Assembly (NCBI RefSeq): GCF_006345805.1
Contig: NW_021832596.1
Location: 43,733-107,732, forward strand
From: Octopus sinensis
Taxonomy: Eukaryota
DNA length: 64,000 nt
Direction: 5' to 3'
Position numbers and translations under genes: made by a program. Below are positions 10,881 to 22,809 of the stretch, piece by piece. A model generated the notes under the pieces. The model saw nothing but the letters and a program-made list of their open reading frames with translations. It was not told where the DNA came from and ran no database searches. The first letter of the stretch is position 1, and every line of letters begins with the position of its first letter.

Positions 10881-11099
10881 TGTACTGTCCCATATTATAT
10901 ATAACGATAGAAAATGCAACACTAAAAGTACTCCATTTGGTGAGAGATAAATATTATTTATGTAAAGAGCACAATACATGTATTTAAGTGCTAGTAATAG
11001 TTTCATATGTTGAGAAATATTCAAACATATTCTTCAGGTGCAAACCACATATCATATCAAACTAAAAAAATTGAAAACTGAAGAAACATGAAAAAACTG

Positions 11100-11890
11100 A
11101 GAAAGCAGCTTATAGTACCTACTTGTTACCTTATGCCACCAAAAACATATCAAACCAAATATACCATTTAACTTTGCTACAACTTCATTCTATTGTTTCC
11201 AATCTTGAAATGCAGAATAAAAAGGTCCAAGAATTAAAACAGGCATTAATTGAAAGACTAAGATAACAGAGAATAGAGTAGAACATGCCAAAGTAATAGA
11301 CATTGAAGAATTATGAAAGGCTAAAAACAGTTCAGATACATCCAAAATTCTACCTTTTATTACAATTATTACAACACACACCACAAGAAACACTGAGACA
11401 TTTAGTGCTACCTATCAGAACGTACCATTATTGAGCCAAGACCCAAGAATGCAAATGACACATGAATCATAAAAATTAATAGCAAAAGACAACCAAATTC
11501 CCCCACAAAAAAGGCAAAAAACTGTTTACCAGTTCAAAATTACTTCCTATAAACAGTTGAAAAGTGTGGTTCTAAATTCATAATTTGTACTAAACTTACT
11601 GAAGATACATAACAAATTTAAATCAGCATATCTTTTTATTGTGAAAACAACTTCATTTGTTCATCAAATAATTTAACACATGTCATCAAATGTAATATAT
11701 GCAGTGAAGTTTACATTGGAAAGACCAAACTGACTGAAAATGAGATCAATGATACACTAAGTTTAATAATAGAAATTTCAGATCCCAGGACTAGATACAT
11801 CTCAAACAGTGAACAGTTGGACATACATGCAACAACGAGATCCCTCAAATCGCTAGTCTTTCCACTTCAGCACTGTGCAGGTGATACCAC
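11100..11890 (+). mobile_element. Degenerate Neptune-like PLE 3' fragment (RT thumb to GIY-YIG)
   Basis: SIVSNLEMQNKKVQELKQALIE; AKVIDIEEL..KILPFIT; NFICSSNNLTHVIKCNICSEVYIGKT at ~11648-11726, with CxxC between the GIY and YIG positions. Confidence 0.7.
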
Positions 11891-12952
11891 AAAACAAGCA
11901 CAAATAAGTAAAGAAAATTCATTTATTAAAAAATTCAAACCATGGTTGAGTAGGCTACAAAAACATCAAAAATATACAATTTGCCACTCACTGTGAATGC
12001 TTTTCATTGCTATATGAAGATTCCTGCTGATGAAAGTGAATATGGTCTTGTTTCTGTTTGGGAATATTAGTAGGGACATTACTGATGCTGGGAACAATTA
12101 GTATTGAAGCCAACATTACAAAGTCATCAATATCCACTTCAACTTCCAATGAATTTATTGTATTTACTTTTTTTATAGTTCTCTATCATCATTCAAATAT
12201 TTTTCTTAAACATTACTTCATTTAAAACAAACTTCACCTCCTTATAACTTCTGCCTCTCTTTTTAGGCAAGTTAAGCTACTGTCTTATTATAAGAACTAG
12301 AAGAGGTACCCGGCGTTGCCCAGCATAACTCTCAATGGAGTAGTTGTTCAAATGAACCGAAAGACTTCCATCAAATACAACTATAGAAGTAATAATTTAC
12401 AAGTGTTGACCATAATGAGGGCCTCTGAATATTCACGCTGAAATATCTCTGTGGTGGTGCTGCCAGCAAAGATGAATACGATAGTAACAATTTAAACTTT
12501 GTGGGCCTGAAGAGGGCCTTGGGTCGTTCACTCTTAAAAGTCCCAGTGGCGGAGCTGTCAGCAAAGACGACTCCAATTAGAGGTGGTGGCCCTTAAGAAG
12601 TCCTCCACACCACTTTGGTGTGTCATATTTGCTTTGCTTATTATTTAAGGTTGTAACCTAGAAAAGCATGTAAAAGTTGGTGGCCACAAAAACGGCCTTG
12701 GCAAGATCATGCTGGAATGTTAAAAAATGTGTAACTAAGATTTAGGGAAAAGTAGATTAATTAAGTTAAAACCATGGAACATCAATAGCAAATTGTGATA
12801 GCAACATATAAATGTAGAAAACAGAGACATTCAACATTTATAACATATAGCAAGACCAACCTCAGAGGCATACATAATATTGTCAAAAGGACAAATATAG
12901 CACACGGATACACTTATACAAAAAAACAGCGAATACTCGGTGGATAGGGTGC

Positions 12953-14140
12953 CTACAAAACTTCCTTATTGACTAAATTTTGGGTTTTCTCGCAAGTTGT
13001 AAAAGCAAATAGGTTATGCCGGCTCCCCACTTGAGAGCAGCCAATATATAGTTGACCGTGGGAGGAGCACAGATCTTCTAAAGTAAGCCCTATGACCATC
13101 AGCATCTGACCCTGTGATTTGTTAATTGACATGGCAAAACTGAGCCAGAGAGGGAATTGCAGCCTTCTGAATGTAAAAGGAATGTCTTTACTGGAGGGAA
13201 TGAGAGGTATCCTTGGTATGAAGATGGTATCCACCTTACCACATCCTATAAGTATTGTTGCCACAATAGCATGAGGCATCGCCTTATGGACGACCAGACA
13301 CATGCCGTTGCAAAGTCTGAGGGGTTACAAATTCCTGAAGAGCATTACAGGGACTTCTTTCTTAAGTTGCAATAAGTGTGGTGGCAATCCGGGAGGCCTA
13401 GGGAATTAAGAAATTTTGTTGGGTAATTAACAACTTCGTCCGAATCAGCCATAGAATCAAGGTTTCCAGGCAAGCACAGCATGATATTTCCAACTATGTA
13501 GTTTTCTGAAGCCAATACTGCACATTCACACAACCACTCTTGATTTGTGCAGTTCTTCTCAAGTTTAGGAAAAACAGATGTCCATAACTCAACAATTGAC
13601 TTACTGCATCTGTAAATCCCAGTGAGGTCCACTGCACCATCTCCATCGAGTGGGACTTTTCCACCACCCAACAACAAATTGGCAGCAATAAAACCTGCTG
13701 ATGTCTCATCACCTTGCAGTTGTGCCTTCATGTTTGTTGAAAGTGTCAGCTTTCTTATATAATGCCAAAGTTGGGAGGCCTTAAGGCATGCAGCAACCTT
13801 ATCAGCCCGCTTGCCTTTTGGGATTACAGGCAGAGTCTGTCTGAAGTCTCCAGATAACAGAAACATGACACCTCCCATTGGTTCTTGACAGTCCCTGATG
13901 TCTCTGAATGACCAGTCTAATGCCTTGAAAGCTGCCTTGTGAGCCATTGTGCATTTGTCCCAAACAATTTGTAGGCAGCAGTTTAACACTAGTGCTTTTC
14001 CAAAAGATTAGTTGATATTGCACATGGGTGTCTCAGTGGATGCCACATTCAGAGAAAGACTGAAGGCAGAATGATCCGTCCTGCCACCAGGCAGCAAAGT
14101 TGCTGTAATGCCGAAAGAAGCCACAGCCAATGCGATGTTT
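12953..14140 (-). pseudogene. Helitron Pif1-type helicase domain (frameshifted)
   Basis: ALAVAS..ATLLPGGRT; QIVWDKCTMAHK; MGGVMFLLSGDFRQTLPVIP; FRRLQFPLWLSFAMSINKSQGQ; SHGQLYIGCS. Confidence 0.9.
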
Positions 14141-14325
14141 CCTATTTCATTATTGCCCACAAGGGGCTAAACATAGACAGACAAAGGTAATTAAGTCGAT
14201 TACATTGACCCACAGGATGAAAAGCAAAATCAACCATGGTGGAATTTGAACTCAGAACGTAACGGCAGACGAAATACTGTTAAGCATTTCACCCGGTGTG
14301 CTAACGTTTCTGCCAGCTCGCTGCT
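14141..14325 (-). mobile_element. tRNA-derived SINE (internally deleted) inserted in the Helitron
   Basis: Same family as 22441-22676, with A-box TGGCAGAAACGTTAG and B-box GAGTTCAAATTCC. Helitron peptide continues on both sides. Confidence 0.85.
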
Positions 14326-14329
14326 TTAT

Positions 14330-15975
14330 TGGCTTGCCACAGCTGTCTTCAGGTCTCCTCCACCTATGCAAAGGATATCCATCAACGCCAGTCTGTTTCC
14401 TGTAAAAACTGCCTGGGATATGGTTTTGTACACTTTTTGTTGTGTATGCATGAGGACTTCATACTGAATCCATGTCCGCAAGGAGTATGGACCATGTTTG
14501 ATGTAACTATAGAGAAGAGGTCATTTTCAATCGATGGCTCAAGTAGTTCCGCAGAAATGAATTTGTCGATGTAGTTTGAACTGATTTTTGTAACCAACCA
14601 AATCAAGATATGGGCATACGGGAGCCTTTGTTTCTGCCATTCGACTGTGTACATGTCACACCTGAGAGGCCCAAAAGCCTGTCCTTTCTTTAATAAATCG
14701 ATTAATTTGGATAATGTGAGGCAAAACACTCTTGCTATGCAATCATGCCTGTGTCTTGGCGCTTGACTGTGGAACGGTTTGTTTGTAATCTCCTTCCACA
14801 TGTAAATGTCATGAAAAGGTTAGGCCACCCATAATGTATGTAAGTCATGGTGTCCTGATTCCTCTCATGCATGTATCAGGTCTCCCTGTGAATGTTGAAG
14901 GCAAAATACACACTTGTCCTAAATTGTCTGGGGATACGTCGTTGTTAATTCTATCATGTAGATGAATGTAGCATTCAGATTGAAGTTTTTCTTTTGATTT
15001 AATTTAATGAACCATTATCTCTCAGACTCCATTTTAACAGCCATGTCAACAGCAAATTGTTGGAAAAGGTCATGAGATCGGTGTAGATGGATGAATGAAT
15101 TGTCTTTTACCATAAATCGGAAAGCGTAGAAATCCATGCAAGCGACAGTTTTTCTAAGATGTGCCTCACCATTGCCTGCTGAATGTTGAGGAATGCCGAA
15201 ATCGTATCCATCCTCACCGTTGACAAATAGAAAAGGATACTGGCGGGCATTGTGGGACCTGTGTGTCTCATTCATATGCTGTAATGTGCTGTTTCGGTGC
15301 TTTAGAATATCTCTTTTGTTGTGCTGTTCACTACAAATAACTGCAGCAATCTCATTACAAGTTGGTGTGACGAACCGACCAGCATGTTCTCCAGATGGCC
15401 TTTGGTCAGCATGTATGACCACATTAAAGTCTGGGTTGGTGGCTGTTTCCAAAGTGTACTTAAAGCTGCAAGCATAGCTGTTTTTGTCATGAAAAATTTC
15501 TTGAAGTTTTATTATAGTAACAATGTTAGTTTTGGATGAAATAGAGTTTTACCTCTCTGCCTGCTCCTGATAGTTTCCAATGAAGTCTAAGTTTAGAAAT
15601 TGAAGATTCTTTTCTACCATAGGCTGAATAGACCCAATCAAGTGGTAGATCTGTTCCTGGACTTTAAAAGTCGGCATGACCCATATTCCGATTTAAGCTA
15701 TGCTCCAAAGAATTTCATCTGAAAGGTAGAATTGTAGTAGCAGATATCACACAGAAACTTCAATGATTTCTCTGTCATGTCTATCAAAAAGAGTTGCAAT
15801 GTCTCTGGAGGGTTGTGAACAGGAGGTAGTTTAATTTCACCATTTGAGCAACACATTCCATCTCTTTCCTCTGGCCACTTTTTGCACAACATATCTGGCA
15901 AGTAGAGGTCATTTCCCCAATTTGAATATTTCCATGGCTGGCATAGTTGTAGGAGGGGTCATAGTTAAAGGCCAC
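14330..15975 (-). pseudogene. Helitron Rep (HUH) domain and Cys-rich N-terminal region (frameshifted)
   Basis: GWPNLFMTFT (motif 1, ~14803-14832); YTVEWQKQRLPYAHILIW (motif 2, HUH-derived); CQICCAK..CCSNGEIKLPP; QYPFLFVNGEDGY. Confidence 0.9.
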
Positions 15976-18349
15976 TGACCTAACTCCATGGCTGTCCTTC
16001 TTGTCTACTGTCTGCTCTCTCTTTTTAAAGGCTTTTTTTCTCTTTCTCCACCTGACAACATGGACTGTTCAATTTTTATTTTTATTTCTTTTAATAGACA
16101 TCGTTTTTTCTTCTTTTTCCTTTCTTTTTTCTTTTAAAAGACGGAATCAATATATTTTTTTCCGTTCATACAATAGCAATAAGTAAATTTTAACTATTGA
16201 AAGGACAGAGGCAAAAATGTCCAAAAAATCACAGCATGATAAACTGGAAACTTATGACCATAAACACATTAAATAAACCTCATTTAAAGTGAAAAATGTT
16301 GAAAAAGCATACATTTCAGAAACATGGGGTAGCTTATGAGAGTACACAAGTAAAAAAACCTACCACTTGTCAAAAGCCAAAAATGAAGTATGATCCTAGG
16401 TTGGACTTGACCAAGATAAATAGAAGTGATTTCGCTTAATGAACAACACTCAAGGTGTCTGATTGGTTAGGTAATACAAATAAGTGTGATGAAATCTGCT
16501 GAACACAACTCACTGATGTGTGGTTGGCCAGAGGTCACCATTTCCCACTTAATTAGGGTACAATTAAATGGGGGAGGCAACTGTGTGTAAAAACTAATCA
16601 ATTATTTGCACAGTTTAGGCATAATTGTGAAATAGCACAATTTACATACAGTAGACATTAAAATTTACACCTGGGTTAAATCACACTTTCTTGGTTAGGA
16701 GTATGAAATGATGCCAAGTTCAAGGAAAAAAATTAACTCTCCATTCCACACTTAATTGTGGGGCAATTACACATGGGAGACAACCGAGTGCAAAATTAAA
16801 TTCAACCATCCTAAAGTTAACTAAGTAAATTAAAGTTTAGTCAGTGGGACTTATGAATTCACTACTCCATTTGTAAGACATGAGTAAAAGATGCGTCGAC
16901 TTTTGTTTAAATTGACTGTTATTTCCAGAAGTTAAAATGCTTTGCTGCAATCATATATGAACTCTAAAAGTGGTCCAAAGGGGCTCACTGCCCTCCCTAG
17001 GGGGGGGCAGAATTCAAGTGATAACGAATTTGCAATGCTTTATCTTATGATTGGCAAGAACCATGATTAACTCCCGAGGTTCTGATGCTGTTTTATTGTG
17101 GCACTTTGAACTTTTATGGGTTAACGATTTAGGTTCATTGCTCCCAAGGGGATCGTCTTGCTGAATTGAAATGGAAGTAAATGTGCCTCTCTGTATCTTC
17201 ATCTGTAGTAAATGAATAACAACTGAGTCGAAATTCATTTTATGGGACTACCAATTATCGAAGCTATGACCCTTTGTTGTATTACAAGAGCCAAATTCAG
17301 TAAATGACTTGCCAGGACTTATGCCCCCTGGGGGTCCCCTTGCTTGTTCCAGGTATAGACAGCATCTTCAACACCATCTCTAGGCAATGGGTAACCAATG
17401 TGTCCCCTAATGCTAAAATTGAGCATAAACTTCAAAAGTTATTAGGTACTAATACAGTGTTAATGTGAACTTCAGTCGGTAAGTCAAAGGGGCTTACTAC
17501 CCCTTGATAAGTTCAAATAAAGGTTCGTATGTTCACCTTCCTCTGTGAGCCATTGGTAATCAATATGTCTTGTTTTGTGAAAACCAAACGCCAACTCAAC
17601 CAGTTTTGTTGCATTGATAATATCAACTTCAACATTCATCAAAATCGGTTTACTACTCACCAAGGGGTCCTCTACCTGGATTTCTGTGCAAGTGCATGCT
17701 TGCAACTTTATTTGTAGGCCATAAGCAAACAAAAGATTAATTTTGGTGAAGATGGGAGGCAAACTGCAGGAATTATGGGGCCTTTATGCTGTAGTACTGC
17801 TGACTCCAAGAGAGGCTTAAGGAGGTTATCTGCACCTGGGGGTGGGGTACAATCGAGGTACAGAAAAATAAAATAGCCTATGATGCATAATAGAACTTCA
17901 GAAACCTATGTATGAAATTTGGTGAAAATTAGCTGTAAGATGTACAAATGCATGCAGTTACACAGACAGACAAAGAGAGAGAGAGCAAGATAGATATGTG
18001 TGCATATGTATGGATGTGTCTATATGTGCATATGTATGGATGTGTCTATATGTGCATATATATATATATATGTATCAGAAGATCATGTTTTTGATTCCTG
18101 AACCAGGTGGTGTGTGTTGTATCTTGTGCAAAACACTTCATTTCATGTTGCACCTGTCCACTTAGCTGTAAATATATAACCCTGTGATTGATTGCCAATC
18201 CATTCAAGGGGTATCTTGTGATCTTGGTCACTTATTTACCATGGAAACTGAGTAACTACTACTTGAGACCTATACTTGGCAGAAATATTCAGGGGCTTGT
18301 TTTCTACTATACACACCCAAGTAAACATATTAAATATATATATATATAT

Positions 18350-18383
<34 letters not shown>

Positions 18384-18659
18384 ACATCATTTAACATTCA
18401 TTTTCCATACTGGCATAGGCAGGATGGTTTCACAGGAATTCACAATTCAGAAAACTGCATCAAGATCTGACGTCTGTTTAGGCATGCTTTCTGCAGATTG
18501 ATGCCCTTCCTAATGACAACCACTTTACAGAGTAATCTGAGTGCTTTTGATGTAGTACCAGCAGCAGTGAGGCCACCAAGTAACTTGCAGGACAAGCCCC
18601 TCAATTGGAGTAATATTGAAGGACAGAGAAAGAAGGTGTCTTGCATTAGAAGAGAAACA

Positions 18660-19200
18660 TTGCTACTTCAGATGGAGAGAGAGAGGAAAGACAGATGGTG
18701 AAGATGTGACAAGGAGGGGTAGAGGCCACACACCCAAGGTATAGGTTAGGGTATATAGGGAAGTGGACTGGGGATTGGAGAGGGTGAAAGAGTGGATGTG
18801 TTCACAAGATTTCATAAAGAGAGTGAGAGCTAGAGGTGCGGGATGTAATGAGTGGGCACTGGTAAATGGGAGTTTAGAACATTTACCCTCTGAGGACAAC
18901 AGATGATGATTTAAACTTCTTAATATATTGGAGAGGGGGTAATTAACCAGGAGTTGTAATTGTCCTATGGGGTAGTTTTTGTTGGGAGGAATTGTTCTAT
19001 GAGGGATAGTTGTCCTAGGAGGGTAATTGTCTTGATATGGGTAGATTGAGGGATATTAGGAGAAAATGTTGTGGTACAGGGATTTAACAGGACCATATAG
19101 AGTATAGGTAGATACATGAGGGAGAATGGAAGGGAGGGAAAAACCTGGTAAGCATAAGTGGGTTGTGGGGGAGGGAAGGGGTGCCGACATGGATATTTCT
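18660..19200 (-). mobile_element. Probable degenerate PLE 3' tail with pyrimidine-rich tract
   Basis: NIHVGTPSLPH resembles the PLE C-terminal IFxLGTLxPxG motif. Similar tails at ~41880-42430 (+) and ~47480-48050 (-). Confidence 0.35.
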
Positions 19201-19229
19201 TAGCTGGGTTTTCTCAAGCACAGTCAATT

Positions 19230-19460
19230 GTCAATTAAATCTGTCCTGTGTGATCTCTGTGAGGCTCAACATCTGATAATCATTTTTCATCACTTCATCT
19301 CACATCTTCCTGAGTCTTTCTCTTCCACAGGTTCCCTCCACTTTTAGAGACTGGCACTTCTTTATACAGCTGTCCTCATCCATACACATCACATAACCAT
19401 ACTGGTGCAATCTTCTGTCTTATGCACTACAACTGATGCTGCTTGTACCCAATTTTACAC
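19230..19460 (-). mobile_element. RTE-like LINE 3' fragment
   Basis: YGYVMCMDEDSCIKKCQSLKVEGTCGR, similar to RTE C-termini. Related pieces at 41240-41720, 45560-45750 and 48151-48280. Confidence 0.6.
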
Positions 19461-19469
19461 TTTGTCATA

Positions 19470-19870
19470 CCACAAAATTCCATTCATTGGTCTGGATAAT
19501 CTTCACTGAGAATATGGACACTTCTTGGAATGTAACTTTTCCAGTTACAGTGTTGCAAATGTGATGAATGCTTGATTTTGAAATTCCTGTCTTACAACTC
19601 CCATGCCACACTGATTTTTTTTTAAACTCTAGCAATATCCTTCCTTTGGTGATAGTGATTTGGGCTCATCAATGATCACAGTCATGTAAACATTCTGAAT
19701 AATTCCACAGCTTCAAACTCATCCCTAATTTGAATGATTGTGAGTTGTGCAGGTAGATCTGTTTGAATCTCCCTCCTTCATATTCGAACTTACAATGGCA
19801 CTTTAGGAAAGATTTCCTTTGTTCAAAGTTTATTCTGGCTCTGTTCATTATTTCTGATGGGTTAAATCTG
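19470..19870 (-). mobile_element. Tc1/mariner-superfamily transposase N-terminal fragment (DUF4817-like HTH)
   Basis: MNRARINFEQRKSFLKC..LTIIQIRDEFEA; GISKSSIHHI..WKSYIPR..LSEDYPDQ. Confidence 0.55.
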
Positions 19871-20099
19871 AAAAATAAATGAAAATTAAATTATTATCAC
19901 CTGTTAAAATGTGTATACATTCTTTTAGACGACCTGAGTATCTGTGTGTATATATGTTCATGTGTGTGTACATGCACAAGCAAGTATGTTTGTGTATATA
20001 GAGGGTTGCACAAAATACTGGTAGCATTGCATTCTATTTAGCTATCTCTCTTACTGACAATTATACAAATTCACAGCTATCCCAGTCTGTATATATGTA

Positions 20100-21236
20100 T
20101 TGGGTCATCCCATATATAATGCAGTTTTTTCAATTACATGTACTAAAAGTTGGAGGGAGACAGAATAAACTACCAGTATCAACTTGCTATAAAAGCAGAT
20201 AGTAAATTTACTTTGTATTTATTCTTAGTGCAAGTTTTGAAGAGTGCAGTTAGATTTTAATAGTTATTTTTTCAAAGCTACAATGGAAGTAACAAAGAAC
20301 ATATTTGACATATTTTGGTTTATGAGTTCAATGGAAAGTGCGAGGAATATAAATGGACAATAATCCTAAGTCAGTCTCAATGGTGGTTCCAGAAATTCCA
20401 AGCCAGAAATTACAGCCTAGAAGATGAGCCTCGTCCTAGAAGATCTGTAGACAAGGACGCCCTGCAAATCCTGGTGGAACAAAATCCCATCATAACTGTT
20501 GAGGGACTAGTACAGAAGTTTGGATTTGGTCATTCGACCATTCATTGACACCTGCATACTATCAGAAAATTCAGCAAATTGGGGTAGTAGGTCCTTCACA
20601 AACTTTTGGAGTTTAATCGCATGCAGAGAGTGAATGTCTGCTCTTCTTTGCTGTCACTTCTCACAAATGGACCTTTTTTGGACTGAATAGTGACTGGTGT
20701 TGAGAAATGGATTCTCTATAAAAATGTTGAGTGCCAAAGAAAGTGGGTAGGGAAAGGAGAAACACTGGCACCCTAGGTTATAGGTCTTCACACTTGTAAG
20801 GTGTTGTTATCTGTTTGGTGGGATATGAAAGGTTTTGTCCATTTTGAACTTTTAAACCCAAATCAAACAATAACAAATGAGATCTACTGCAAGCAGCTTG
20901 AGCAGCTTAAGTCAGCACTAGAAGAAAAACAATGCCCCACCCACCATATTCGCCGAACTTTACCCCGTTTGATTATCATTTATTCCACAGTCTTCAAAAT
21001 CATTTGGATGGAAAAAATATGAACTCTGTAGATGAGGTCAGAACAGTACTGGAGGAGTATTTCTTATCATGGACAAGTGACTTTTGGAAGAGGGGTCTTG
21101 CAAGTCATCAAGATAGATGGAAGAGCATTGAAGAAAATGAAGGAGAGTATATTTTAGATTAAAAAAGAAATTGTTTATCTTAATTTTGAAAAATAAACGA
21201 CGTATAAAAAACTGCATTATTTATGAGGTGACCCAA
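20100..21236 (+). mobile_element. mariner element, defective, both TIRs present
   Basis: TIRs TTGGGTCATCCCATATATAATGCAG / CTGCATTATTTATGAGGTGACCCAA with TA at 20098-99 and 21237-38. WFQKF..LEDEPR, KVLLSVWWDMKG, HPPYSPNFTPFDYHLF; the LHDNARPH segment is deleted. Confidence 0.92.
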
Positions 21237-21689
21237 TACATGTGTTCTTATATATTATCTATACTTTGCACTTTATGATATAACCCTCTCTTTTTGCTGT
21301 CATTTATATCTAACGATATTGAACATGTGACTTAATTTTGAAAGCAGATAAATTTTTGAAGTGCAGATGGGTGGAGCTTAAGTCACTAAAACTATTGAAT
21401 TGCTTAATATTTTGAGAGGTACAGTTTAAAATTAGGTTGGTTTTTCAAAATCAAAGTAAAACCAGCTCTGACAAGCATAATTCTGGATAGAATAGTGAAA
21501 CATATTGTGCTTAAAAACCATCAAAGAACAGCAACAAAAGTCACAGTAGAGCTGAACTACTACTTTGCCAACCTTATGTAAACCATAACCATTTGTCCTG
21601 ACCTCGATAAAGCTGGATGTCATGAAATGGTTGCAATTGTTAAACCACTCCTGTCCCCAACAACACTGATTAGCAGAAAAAATGGTGTT

Positions 21690-22282
21690 TAGATTATCAG
21701 ATCAATAATATAATCTTCTCTGATGAATTACCTGGAGACAGTCTATAGAAGAGTTAACCCCTGACTGTATGGCTCCTACTGGGAAGCATGAAGTCTGTGA
21801 TGATTAGAGCAGTCATATCACAGAATTATTTTGGCTCTTAAGTTGTTTTACATGGCAGAGCTAATACAATTGATTATCTGAGTATTTTGGCTGATTATGT
21901 CCATCCTATGGTACAAAAGTTGTTCCTTGATGGTTATACCATCTTCTAGGATGATAATGCACCAATTCTCATGGTGAATGTTATTCAAAACTGATACGAA
22001 GAGCACAGGAGTGAAGTAGACCATTGGGATTGGCCCACAGAATCACTTGATCTCAATTTAATTTAACATTTGTGGAGCATGTGAGAAGTTGCTTCTCTTT
22101 GTCACCATTACTGAAAGAGCTAAATAGGTTTTACTTGAAGAATGGCTCAAAATCTGTTCAGAAACTGTATTAATCAATACCCCAGCATATTAAAGTTGTG
22201 ATTGAAGCCAAAGGTGATAAGCTCTGTATCAAATCATTAACTTCTATTTAACAAGGTGTTGCCATTATTTTGTCCAACCCTG
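21690..22282 (+). mobile_element. Tc1-like 3' fragment with right TIR
   Basis: F*DDNAPIL and WPTESLDLNLI*HLW remnants; TIR GGTGTTGCCATTATTTTGTCCAACCCTG resembles that of 53492-57033. Confidence 0.75.
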
Positions 22283-22394
22283 TGTGTGTGTGTGTGCATG
22301 CGTGCGTGCATCATAGGTAAATCATAAATCTGTAAAAGAAGCACACTTTAAGTTATAGAACAGTATAGTATAAAGATAGATGAGGCTGGTCCAT

Positions 22395-22699
22395 GGGATT
22401 ACCCTGGGTTTCACATCAATAAAGCACTTACGTTTACAGCGAATCTATCTCTTTACTACCCACAAGGGGCTAAACACAGAGGGGACAAACAAGGACAGAC
22501 AAATGGGTTAAGTCGATGAGATCGATTCCAGTGCGTAACTGGTACTTAATTTATCGACCCTGAAAGGATGAAAGGCAAAGTCGACCTCGGCGGAATTTGA
22601 AATCAGAATGTAACGGCAGACGAAATATGGCTACGCATTTCGCCCGGTGTGCTAACGTTTCTGCCAGCTCGCTGCCTTTACAGCATATCATCAGACCTC
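22395..22699 (-). ncRNA. Hammerhead of the 3' pLTR, interrupted by a SINE
   Basis: CTGATGA (22694-22688), stem II split by the SINE, then GAAACCCAGGGTA-ATCCC. Confidence 0.65.
22441..22676 (-). mobile_element. Full-length tRNA-derived SINE with 8-bp TSD
   Basis: TTTACAGC at 22433-22440 and 22677-22684; A-box and B-box-like head on the minus strand. Confidence 0.9.
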
Positions 22700-22809
22700 A
22701 AAACCCATTGGTACATGGCCTCTCTAGAAAATGGAGAAGGAAAAGACTTTGTTACTCTGTCAACAACAGGGGAATGTCTCCCTTTGGCTTTTATTCATAA
22801 TTGACTCTG

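Larger units (their letters stand above)
12297..17994 (-). mobile_element. Degenerate autonomous Helitron (RepHel)
   Basis: 3' end GGGCAACGCCGGGTACCTCTTCTAG|T at 12297; probable A|TC start at 17994. Rep and Pif1 helicase peptides lie inside. The 5' boundary is less certain. Confidence 0.8.

Noticed and set aside
11821-12150. Two apparent phase-compatible minus-strand exons
   Set aside because: They overlap the 3' end and probable pLTR of the + strand Neptune-like PLE, and the upstream acceptor is weak.
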